Below, piece after piece: positions 52,506-64,000 of a stretch of 64,000 bases of DNA. A program made the translations under genes and the position numbers. Numbering within the stretch: position 1 is the first letter of the stretch; every line of letters begins with the position of its first letter. Below the pieces are notes generated by a model that saw only the letters and a list, made by a program, of their open reading frames with translations, made no database searches and was not told where the DNA came from. The stretch lies in the NCBI RefSeq assembly GCF_006345805.1, contig NC_043010.1, positions 35,836,001 through 35,900,000 on the forward strand, written 5' to 3'. The stretch comes from Octopus sinensis. Its lineage: Eukaryota.

Positions 52506-53083
52506 ACTGAAGTGCTCACTGCCAACTCGTACAATGTTGCTCACTTCGCTTTTTAGCACTGCATTTATATATTTATTATTACTGCTGTTGTTTAGCAGGT
52601 GCTGCCTGGGTGATACCACACGGTATTCGAAGGCCGTCTGCACTAATCTCAGGCCTCTGTCACCTTAATTTCGTCTTAGGTACAGCCTGTCAACATCATT
52701 GTTTCCGGGGAAATTCCCAGTTGTCAGGATTTTGCGGGTTTTAAGATTCGAATTAACATCTCGTCAAGTGATTACGCGAATAAGTGCTTTAGCATCAAGC
52801 TAAACTGCCCGAACGACAAATTGTTCTGCAAATTTAGGATATATACATATATATATATATACATATAGCTTTATAAGACGCTATCGTACGTTAAATTCAA
52901 GTTACGTTGAAAGTCAACAAACAAAGTTTGCTTTAGAAGCGTTGAGATATATTGAAAGATACAGATAAGGAAATAATTTTATTCTCAAATGCAGGATAAT
53001 GCACTATTTCAACGTAATTTGAAATTAATATATATATATGTGTGTGTGTGTGTATTAAATATATATATGTATGTGCATGTATT

Positions 53084-53115
<32 letters not shown>

Positions 53116-53299
53116 CTATATATAAATACATACATGCCTTTTTGTGTCTGTGTGTATATATGAGTGTCTGCTTATCTATATATGTTTAGTGTGTTCGTGT
53201 ATATATGTTTATTCTTTGCGTGCCTGTATTAAGTATGTTTATATATGTCCACGTATATGAATGGCTCTACAAATATATTATATATATTATATATATATA

Positions 53300-53371
<72 letters not shown>

Positions 53372-53978
53372 GTATGTATGTATGTATGTATGTATGTATG
53401 TATGTATGTATGTATGTATGAGCACATACCATGAGGTTGCTATTATTGTTGTCAGCAGTATGGTTTATGAAAGATGGTGATAGGTGCCCACTGCCGCGTT
53501 ACCCTTCGTAGTATGGCCCGATTATACCCCAACCCCAGCCTGTCAGTGGTTTTTCATTCTGACCCTATCCTCCTCCAAATTTCTGATGATAAATATTTAT
53601 ATTGTAGGCCAAGGTGCTCTTCTAGATAGACAGAGAAGGAAAGTTTGTTAGGCGTTGGGTATTTCCTTGTTAAAGTAATAAAAGGACCAGATATGTGTGT
53701 ATGGAAAGAGAAAGAGAGAGAAGGGGAGAAGGAGAGAGAGCGCGTGTGTTTGTGTGCGTGAAGAGAGTGTGAAAGAGAGAAAGTGTATGGGGGTGTATGT
53801 GTTTGCGTGTGTATTTTGCATATGTGTGTGGTATATTATATATATATATATATATATATGGGGGGGGGTGCATGTATTTATGTCTATAAAGATATACTGC
53901 CTGAAAAACTGTTTGTGTATTTATTATATATGCTTATATACATACATACATATATATATATATATATGTACATATATG

Positions 53979-54014
<36 letters not shown>

Positions 54015-54097
54015 TATACATAAATATGTATTATGTGGGTAACATATATGTATATGTATATTCATATATATATGTCTATAGAATATATGTATATATG

Positions 54098-54131
<34 letters not shown>

Positions 54132-54557
54132 CAGAGAGACAGAGAGAGGGGAGAGAGAGAAAGAGAGATTAAGGAAATCTCGGCCGCGGAAGAATAACGT
54201 TGAAAATAATTTTAGAAAATCGGGTAAAATACCCCTACATACATACATACATACATACATACATACATACATACATACATACATACATACATTCATGGTG
54301 GTAGTGGTGGGAGGTTTTTTTAGCTTGAGTTTTATCCGGGGCCGAATTAAAACGCATTCAGACCCTAAGCTCTTGAAAGATTTTGGTGCCCCATACATAT
54401 GTATGGGTCGCAGGCATTGCTGTATGATAAAAAAAAGCTTCCTTCCCAACCACATGGTCGCACCTTGAGAAAATGTCTTCTACTATAAACTCGTGGAGAC
54501 CAAAGCCTTGTGAGTGGATTTGTAAACGGAAACTTCAAGAAGCCCGTCCTATATATG

Positions 54558-54591
<34 letters not shown>

Positions 54592-54614
54592 TATTATATA
54601 TATATATATATATA

Positions 54615-54652
<38 letters not shown>

Positions 54653-54772
54653 TGTCTTGTGTCTGTGGTTGTCATATCCACCCCCCACAGCTTGACAATC
54701 GGTGCTGGGGTGTTTACGTCGCCGTAAATTAGCGGTCGGCAAAAGAGAATGATAGAATAAGTACCAGACTCT

Positions 54773-54925
54773 AGCGTAGCTTTAATGGTAGGGGCGATCC
54801 ACCCCGGGTAGCACTTTTAAATGAGCACCACATTTGGGTCTGCTGTAGGCAATGTGTTTTGTGTAGAGTTTGGAGGCAGCAAACGGAAGGGCCGCCCCGA
54901 GTGGCACACAATCTAGCTACGATTG
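54773..54925. mobile_element. Small hAT-like MITE inserted in a SINE-B copy
   Basis: Ends agcgtagct and agctacga, GC-rich ggggcg/cgcccc subterminal boxes, and it interrupts SINE-B at aagtac/tagg. Confidence 0.45.
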
Positions 54926-55280
54926 TGGTACTAGGCTTTAAAAAAAAAAAAAGTACTGGAGTCGATACATACGAAAATAATTCTTCAATGCGGTACCCCA
55001 GCATGACCGCAGTCTAGTGAGTGAAAACAGTAAATAATATGAGATGTACCATATTTTAACGTGTATAAGGAACGCCCTAATTTTGGGAGTTTAAAATTTG
55101 GAAAAAATGCTTTGTAAGAAATTATAATACTATCCATGTATAAGAAACTCCCATATTTTTTAAATCTACTTTTTGAAAAAAAAAAGGGTTCCTTATATAC
55201 GTTAAAATACGCTAATTCAAAATATAAACTATAATAAACCATAAAATAAAATTTAATTTTTCGAAATGAAACAAAACAAA

Positions 55281-55677
55281 GCGCAGGAGTGGCTGTGTGG
55301 TAAGTAGCTTGCTAACCAACCACATGGTTCCGGGTTCAATCCCACTGCGTGGCATCTTAGGCAAGTGTCTTCTGCTATAGCCCCGGCCGACCATGCCTTG
55401 TGAGTGGATTTGGTAGACGGAAATGAAAGAAGCCTGTCGTATATATGTATATATATATATGGTATAAGTGTGTTTGTGTGTCTGCGTTTGTCACCCTAGC
55501 ATTACTTGAAAACCGATGCTGGGGTGTTTACGTCCCGTCACTTAGCGGTTCGGCAAAAGAGACTGATAGAATAAGTAACTGGGCTTACAAAGATAAGTCC
55601 CGGGGTCGATTTGCTCGACTAAAGGCGGTGCTCCAGCATGGCCGCAGTCAAATGACTGAAAAAAGTAAAAGAGTAAA
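55281..55677 (+). mobile_element. SINE family B (tRNA-like head, CORE-like ccttgggcaagtg segment, internal microsatellite, GTAAAAGA tail). Other copies: 4883-5450 +, 7286-7740 -, 11427-11505 -, 15897-16240 +, 29143-29523 -, 35903-36250 +, 42560-42750 +, 44990-45215 +, 47698-48136 -, 48872-49300 -, 54410-55030 +, 55841-56440 +
   Basis: Shared ggagtggctgtgtggtaag..ggttccgggttca.tcccactgcg head, gtgagtggatttggtagacggaaactgaaagaagcccgtcg, a variable (TA)/(TG) tract, then aacatcgcttgacaaccgatg...ggccgcagtcaaatgactgaaac. Confidence 0.9.
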
Positions 55678-56625
55678 ACTGACAGCATGATGGAAATTAA
55701 TGCTTCTTTTTGTATACTTCCACTTTATTTATATTTTTTTTAATTGTAGTTTCTTTGGTCAGATTCTCACTATGACATCATGAACACTTCAAAATTATAA
55801 TTCCGAACTTATCGACCACTTCGAATATTACGTTAGCCAGTAGGAGTGGCTCTGTGGTAAGTAGCTTGCTTACCAACCACATGGTTCCGGGTTCAGTCCG
55901 ACTGCGTGGCATCTTGGGCAAGTGTCTTCTGCTATAGCCTCGGGCCAACCAAAGCCTTGTGAGTGGATTTGGAAGATGGAAACTGAAAGAAGTCCGTCGT
56001 TATATATATATACATACATATATATGTGTGTGTGTGTGTGTGTATAAGATTACGGATGCACATATATATATAAGTGTATATAGATATGTGTATGTGTGCG
56101 TGTATTTATATTATATATATATATATATATGTTATATATATGTATATAATGTATGTAGTATTATATATATATATATATATATAGATATATATATATATAA
56201 TATATATATATATATGTGTTGTGTGTGTGTGGTGTGTGTGTGTGTGTGGTGTATGGTGTAGGTGTTGTCCTCCCCCCTAACATAGCTTGACGACCGATGC
56301 TGGTGGTTACGTCCCCGTAACTTAGAATAAGTACTAGGCTTACAAAGAATAAGTCTTGGGGTCGATTTGCTCGACTAATAGGCGGTGTTCCAGCATGGCC
56401 ACAGTGAAATGACTGAAAGAAGTGAAAGAGTAAAAGAGTAAGCTTAAAATGATTTATTTTGTGCCGTAAACCATTTACCATTTACGGCGTCCCCACTTGC
56501 CCTGGATGCCCTAAGCACGTATTTATTTTGCTTAATGTTTAATCCAGCACTGGGTTCGTCCTAATGCTGTATACTTAGTGTCATAGGTGTTACAGCTGAA
56601 ACCTCCCCATCCACCGAGAACTAAA

Positions 56626-56999
56626 TCTCTCTATATATAAACGGCAGTTTGTCTGTGTGTGTTTCTGTGTGTCTGTTAGCTTGTACCCTCACCCTAACCA
56701 CGGCTTTCAACCGATTCTGATGAAACTTAACACACACATAGCCCAATGTCATAATTCAAAACTAACGCAGCGAAAATTTTGAAAAGTTCCCCCAGTTCTG
56801 AAAAAAATCGATAAATTCGACATGGGGTCGAGAATCAGTAAACAAAAAACCACACTGTCTAGGGGCGCAACTCGACCGTTTTAACTCTCAAAAAAAAAAT
56901 TTACATAATTTTTTTTCCATTTTTTTGGCTATAACTCTCTAAAAATGCTTTATAGTTATTTCCCTTACAAACCCGAGCAACGCCGGGCGATACTGCTAG
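56626..56999 (+). mobile_element. Non-autonomous Helitron with a different 5' half and the same 3' end as 42903
   Basis: Starts A|TCTCTCTATATATAAA. The last ~70 bp (tatagttatttcccttacaaacccgagcaacgccgggcgatactgctag|t and upstream) are nearly identical to the 42903 element. Confidence 0.8.
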
Positions 57000-57315
57000 T
57001 AAATGATATTGCTTCTCCTATTTTCAATCAGAGAGGAGCAAATGCACAGAGACTGATGGAAAAAGGTTTCCATGCACGGGACCTGTTCATGGAAGACCAT
57101 CGCTAGACTAGAAGGAATATGTATAAGGGAGATTTCGACTGCTATCTCTAGCAGATCAAGCGATTGTGAAGAAATTCCTTTATTGCCTATCTGTTGGAGA
57201 AGGAAGTGACTACCAGCATGATATTTCCTTCCAAATCAAAATCGAGTCTGATAAATCTGACTAAATCAGCTCTCGTCTAACATTTATCTCCTTAAGGTGC
57301 AGAATAAGGACCTGA

Positions 57316-57352
<37 letters not shown>

Positions 57353-57431
57353 CGTATATATGTATGTATGTTTATATGTATGTCTATGTATGTATGTTTA
57401 TAAATATATATATAAATAAAAGGAAGGTAAT

Positions 57432-57493
<62 letters not shown>

Positions 57494-59366
57494 TACATAT
57501 TTAGATATATACCTATATATATATATATGTGTGTGTGTGTGTATAAGATTACGCACGCACATATATATATACGTGTATATAGATATGTGTATGTGTGCGT
57601 GTGTATATATATATATGTGTATGTTTGTATGTATGTATTGTATGTATGTATGTATGTATGTATGTATGTATGTATATTTTTGTGTTCTGTTGTCGTATAA
57701 TTGTATATATGTTAGATTAACATTCTTATATATGTGTGTGTATATGTATGCATGCATGTATGGGAGTGTTAATCTTGTTTTTTACGAATCACAAGGAATT
57801 ATTTACAAAGATTTTAGAGAGAGATGGCTGCGTAGATAAGGTCATGTGATATTGCAATCACATGACATTTGTATGATTGCAACATTAAACCAACATCTTA
57901 TCCATGCATACTCGCTAAGATGGCAGCGGCGGCGGTGAGTGCGACGCTGACGCTGACGGCATTGGTGGGGGTTTTCGGTGCCGATGATAATAGTGGTTTT
58001 GGTGGTGGTTACAGTAGAATACAGCGTCGGTTACGGACGTAATTGAAACCTTGACTATGGGGAAAATAGTATGGCTGTTGGAGATGACTATCGTTACGGT
58101 GGAATTATTGGAGTTGTTTGTCTGTTGTTAATGGTATTGATGGTAGAGATGTGTGATGGTAGAAATGATACTGACAGCTGTTTCTGAAGATGTTGTTAGC
58201 AGTAATAATTATGGTACAGGGCTACTTATAAAGTATTTAGTGTTCATTATGTATATACATGTGTATATATGTTTGTGTGTACATGTGCGTACGTATTTAG
58301 TATCTGTACGTACGCTTGTTTCATTGTTTTCAAGAGGATGGAAACAGAGATCTTTAATATGCCTTAGTCTTATGAGCTGAAGCAAAATTTAGATTTTGTT
58401 TCAAGATCAACGATTGCAAAAATGCATTGAGCACTTTGATGTTTTATTTGCATATCTTCCCCGAAGACGGGGAAGATATGCAATGATATGCATCTAGAAA
58501 ATTCTGGAAGGACTTGTACAAAACTTTGGCATTGAAAGTTACACAATCATCAGAATGGGGCAGCACTGCCTAGTGCCATAGATCCCAACGTCGCCATCAA
58601 AGATACAGGAACAGGTACTATAGCAGCTTCGATTTTAAGAACCCATGGCTCCTCAATATCCTTCCAAAATGCTCGAGATACCCTTCCTTGTTCTAAAACA
58701 GTGAGTTGCCATTTTCAAGAATTTGGTTGCTGTTTTTTTTTATTTTTTATTCTTTCTTTTTGTTTTTTCTGTACCAGGTCAAACTATAACGTTTGAAGCT
58801 CCTCTGATTAGAAACCCCGCGGTTATCACTGTTTTGATGATAGCTGGACACGCACAAATTTCACCTTGTTTCTGTATGCATGAGCGCCCCCTATCTATCC
58901 GACTTGAAGACGTTATCCTATCCTATCCTTCCCCCATCGCCTCCACTAAGCAATGTATTACTCTCCGTTGTGTTTGTGTGTGTATTTGCGTGCGGGTATG
59001 TATGCAAGTCCGTTTCACAAAGCATGCGTGGTGCGTGGTGCGTGTGTGTGTGTGCGCGCGCTCACTCACGTTTGTTTGTGAATGCGTATGCATAAATATG
59101 CATACATGTGTTCGCGTGAGCATGGGCGCATACGTGTGATTACACATGTTTGAACATCAATATGAATGCGTAATTGCATCTGTTTGCACATGTGGGTGTA
59201 TATATGTATACGTTTGTGTGTGGTTGCGTGCGTTTAGGTACCTTAATATGTCTGATTTCATGGTGTGTATCCGCATGTGTCACTATTTTCCATGTGTGTG
59301 TATACACGCGTACGTGAGTGTGAGTGTTTGTACGTCTGTGGTTGTGTGTGTGTGTGTGTGTGTGCG

Positions 59367-59402
<36 letters not shown>

Positions 59403-59525
59403 GTGTGTGTGTGTGGTGGGGTAATTGCTGTCAGTGACGTGTTGCTTGCCTTATCGTCTAAATAACATCCGTAAACACCCACTTCTTATGAAAGGAAATG
59501 TCTGTCTCACACACCCAGCCTCACC

Positions 59526-59566
<41 letters not shown>

Positions 59567-59750
59567 TCGTCACACACATATACCATACACACACCAGCCA
59601 TACACCACGGCACATTACCATACCGCACTCACCATCAAGCCTCACCCTACCCACACCGTCCCTTCTTGCCCGCCAGTCTGGCTATCTGTCTATATGTCCG
59701 TACGTACGTTATATGCTTGTGTGTATGAATTTATGTATGTATGGAGGTGA

Positions 59751-59783
<33 letters not shown>

Positions 59784-59899
59784 AATGTGGGGGTATGTGT
59801 GTGTGCGCTCGCATGCTTGTATTTATGTAAATTCAGCCGACCACATTTTGTATTTGTGCTTATGTTGTTGATGATGATGACGATGATGATGACGATGAC

Positions 59900-59936
<37 letters not shown>

Positions 59937-61018
59937 TGATGATAACGGTGGTGGTGGTGGTGGTGGTGGTGGTGGTGGTGGTGGTGGTGGCTGCAGAGAA
60001 TGTGGTTGTGATGACGATGACAACAACGATGACGACCACCAGGAGCACCACGACTACTACGACAATGACGACAACGATGATGATGTTGATCAGGATCAGG
60101 ATTCATCCGCTTCCTCCTCCTCATCATCATTATCATCATCATCATCATCAAGATTATCACCATAATCGTCGTCGTTGTCGAAACCGTTATTATCACCACC
60201 CCACCACCACCACCCACACACACACGTTAGTGGCAACGAACTGAGCGAAGAATACTCAATAGTGGAGTGTAGAGTAACTGTGTATTATAAAAATTGTAAT
60301 GGTTTTGTTACCGGTACCCTAGGTTTCCTGTTAGTGGAGTTAAGTCTATCCATATTTTCCCGATGGTGAGAAGTTCTTACTCCAACGAGGATAATCAAAA
60401 AATAAGTATATGACTGATTAGACCACGATCTCCTGAGACAATAACAGTTTGATTTCGTTCGAAAGCACAGTTTTAACAGTGTTGAGAAGAAGCAACTCTC
60501 AATATGTGCCGTTTTCTTTCTTTTGCCCTTGGTTGACTTAAAATAGACGATAGTATACTATTTAACGCACAGCCAGCATTGAATCTATCATTGATAACCG
60601 ATAATTATCAGTTATCGACTAGAGACTTGTAGAATTATAGAATTATGATTCTACAAAACTATAATTGATAAAATTACGATTGATAGTTTTCATTTATTAA
60701 TTACGAAATTGTTACGCGCGATATTTAACTCTTTCCATCAATACAATTTAGCCAAGAGTAAATAAGGAAAAGACACTTACTGAGAATAACTTCCCCTGAA
60801 GTTCGTTAATACTTTTATTACCGCCTGGGTACGAAATCAAGGTTTTACATTTCGTCTAACATGAGAATCGTGCTTCAGTCAGTCATATTTGTTTACTGTT
60901 GTTTATCTTGGATTACTGCCAGACCTTAAATTGAAAAAGAAAAACGTATAGCAGACTAACTGTACTAACAGGAAACCTACGGTCTCGGCGATTAGATCTT
61001 GATTATAATTTACATGTT

Positions 61019-61111
<93 letters not shown>

Positions 61112-61484
61112 CGCGCGTACAAATATACATACATGCAACTTGCTTCTTGTTATCTGGCATCACAGTTCATCAATACATCTAACAGAAGTTCGACGCTGTC
61201 GCACAGCCTCCTTGAAATAACAGCCAAATGTTCCTCCCTAACGACTTTCAAAACGAATGCTACTTTGAATAATTTAGAAGACTTAATTAAATAGGGTTTG
61301 GCTTGGAGAGAAAATGGGGTGAGACGAAAAGGTCTGCTGGATCAAGACTGACTTGGACTATATAATAACAATAGCACTGAAATAACGTCGGAGTCTCTAC
61401 GTGGTTACTCAAATTGTTAGAAATAGCAAGCAAATATCCATTAAAAAATCATCTTTATTAAAAGGAGACTATTTTAAAGGTTGA

Positions 61485-62170
61485 TTCAGTCTGCCATTCT
61501 TAATGACCGTTTAGTCTACCCTACTACTTCTTTTTCAATTTAGTCAATCGTTCTACCATTTATTCTGCCATTCTACCACTTAGCCTACTGTTACCGAATT
61601 TCTTTCTCATTCTATTTTATTATTTACTTTATCATTTTCTCCATCAGTTACTCTACAGTTCTACCTATTTCTTTACTACCCACAAGGGGCTAAACACAGA
61701 GAGGACAAACAAGGACAGACAAACTGATTAAGTCGATTATATCGACCCCAATGCATAACTAGTACTTAATTTATCGACCCCGAAGGGATGAAAGGCAAAG
61801 TCAACCTCGGCGGGATTTGAACTCAGAACGTAACGGCTGACGAAATACGGCTACGCATTTAGCCCGGCGTGCTAACGATTCTGCCAGCTCACCACCCTAC
61901 AGTTCTACCGTTTAGTCTACCAGCTTACTATTTATATTATCGTTCTACTATTTAGTCTGCCATTGTACAATTTAGTTTACCGTTCTTCTAGACTGTACTA
62001 CTACTATTCGCGGTTTTACCATTTAATCTATCGTTCTACCATTTGCTCTAGCGTTCTTACATTCAGTTTACCGTTTTACCATTCAATCTACCTTTCTACC
62101 ATTCAGTATACCATCCTACCATCGAATCTCACGTTCTACCATTTGGTCTTCCGCTCTACCATTCTGCTAT
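61485..62170. repeat. Degenerate 20-bp minisatellite (ATTTAGTCTACCGTTCTACC-like) interrupted by SINE-A at about 61665-61895
   Basis: Exact 20-bp register from 62021 to 62165, with looser units upstream. Confidence 0.75.
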
Positions 62171-62670
62171 TTCTGCTAATCGTACTCAATAATAGTTCCA
62201 TTGAACATGACCCAACGCTGCATAATTTTAGGAGAAATATTACTAGAATGCTGTAATATAGATGCGTATTACAAATAACTACAATAGCAACGACATTCAG
62301 TTAACGCTATATCAGTTTATTTTATCATCTAATAGTCTGGAGAAAGGAATGAAAGTCACCCGTGGATACACAGAGTTTTATGCTCGTCTCTAGTTCCAGT
62401 GTTGATAAGCAGGTAAAAAAGGAATATCCTCTAGGATAGAAAGGAAGCTTCTCTACCTAAGCAAGTCTTTTTTTTTTGTGGCAGTTCGGTAAGCACTAAA
62501 TTTAGCATTGCAAACCCAAAGAATCTAGCTTGCTCCGCTGTCTGCTGCTCCTATGGCATTGAATTGCATCGCCCTGTGGTCGATCAAATGAGGGAACTCT
62601 CATTTGAGGGAGTTGTCCGACCCGCTAGAATTACCCAAATTTCCTTGGAATACAACTCAACGTCTTTGAA

Positions 62671-62770
62671 NNNNNNNNNNNNNNNNNNNNNNNNNNNNNN
62701 NNNNNNNNNNNNNNNNNNNNNNNNNNNNNNNNNNNNNNNNNNNNNNNNNNNNNNNNNNNNNNNNNNNNNN
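62671..62770. other. Assembly gap (100 N)
   Basis: Run of 100 n, probably a placeholder of unknown true length. Confidence 0.99.
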
Positions 62771-63405
62771 AGATGTGAGAGCCAAATAGAGCGTAAACAC
62801 GTACATACACACACGCACATATATCTACACACATATTCACACACACAAACAATAGCACCACATACACACATACACACACACACAAACAAACAATAGCACC
62901 ACACAACACACACATATACTATTGACACTCCGTCGGTTACCACGACAAAGGTTCCAGTTGATCCGATCAAGGGAACAGCTTGCTCGTAAGATTAACGTAC
63001 AAGTGGCTGAGCACTCCACAGACATGGGTACCCCTTCACATACTTCTCGGGAAGATTCTGCGTGACACAGAATGTGACATGGCTGGTCCTTTGTAATACA
63101 GGTACTACTCATTTTTGCCAGCTGAGTGGACTGGAGCAACGTGAAATAAAGTGTCTTGCTCAAGGACTCAACGCGCCACCGGGAATAGAACTGGTGACCC
63201 TATGATCGCGAGCCAAATACCCTAACCACTAAGTCACGCACCTGAAAGTAAGAAATATCATATCTGATTATGTATTAAGATTGCAGTCAAAGTCCCCAGG
63301 TATTTAACCCCAGGCATTCCTTTGCTCAGTATTCATTCATGAAAAATCTTATACATGTCTTGTATATTGGGAGGGCCATTCACTTCATTATTGGTCGATT
63401 GATCA

Positions 63406-63788
63406 GCGGTGAGCTGGCAGAAACGGTAGCACACCGGTCGAAATACTTAGCGGTATTTCGTCTGCCGTTACGTTCTGAGCTCAAATTCCGCCGATGTCGA
63501 CTTTGCCTTTCATCCTTTCGGGGTCGATTAAATAAGTACCAGTTACGCACTGGGGTCGATATAATCGACTTAATCCGTTTGTCTGTCTTTGTTTGTCCTC
63601 TCTGTGAGTAGTAAAGAAATAGGTATTTCGTCCGTCTTTACGTTCTGAGTTCTAATTCCGCCGAAGTCGACTTTGTCTTTCATCCTTTCGAGGTCGATAA
63701 ATTAAGTACCAGTGGCATACTGGGGTCGATCTGATCGACTGGCCCCGCCCCCAAAATTTCGGGCCTTGTGCCTAAAGTAGAAAAGATT
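63406..63788 (+). mobile_element. SINE-A dimer (A1 + headless A2)
   Basis: Same junction gtaaagaaatag|gtatttcgtc at 63622/63623, but the second unit carries the A2 tail. Confidence 0.85.
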
Positions 63789-64000
63789 ATTGATCAATTA
63801 ATCAGTTATCAAACCATCTAACTAATTGACTGCTTGCTTAATCACTCGGTTAATCAATCAAACGGGTGTTTGCCAAAGACTGGAAGTTGTCATAGCGGAA
63901 TGAGAGCATGAGGTTGTGAATGGCGACAAAGGGAATTTTAAAAACAACTGATTGATTGATCAATAATGTTATGACGTAAGATGAATAATGATATTGTGGT

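Noticed and set aside
52590-52685. AG...GT-bounded candidate exon
   Set aside because: Splice-like dinucleotides only, with no homology or neighbouring exons to support it.
58490-58720. Possible further R4 RLE relic on the minus strand (KDIEEPWVLK...VPVSLMATLG)
   Set aside because: Similarity is too weak to call without a profile search.

Overview
AT-rich, repeat-saturated animal genomic DNA with no recognisable intact protein-coding gene. The SINE families and microsatellite load suggest an Octopus (cephalopod) intergenic or intronic region; this is inference, as no database was searched. The only intact gene is a tRNA-iMet(CAT) at 34580-34651 (-). The rest comprises: (1) several tRNA-headed SINE families, labelled here A, B, C/C' and E, with about 35 copies or fragments; (2) decayed non-LTR retroelements: at least four R4/Dong-clade relics (three abutting (TAA)n), two RTE relics and Penelope-like (PLE) pieces including a GIY-YIG fragment; (3) Tc1/mariner, Tigger-like and hAT-like relics and MITEs, plus two non-autonomous Helitrons; (4) three minisatellites (35, 34 and 20 bp units); (5) many microsatellites and one 100-N gap. 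Nearly all ORFs in the supplied track are microsatellite artefacts or TE fragments. Most interesting: two diverged hammerhead-ribozyme-like motifs sharing the same unusual core variant; a minisatellite born from a SINE segment that a mariner-type MITE also captured; recurrent SINE dimers with an identical junction; TAA-associated R4/Dong derivatives; several long, nearly spacer-less palindromes; and an unexplained CpG-rich island beside the tRNA gene. Family names come from recalled motifs and need confirming with Dfam, Repbase or Rfam.
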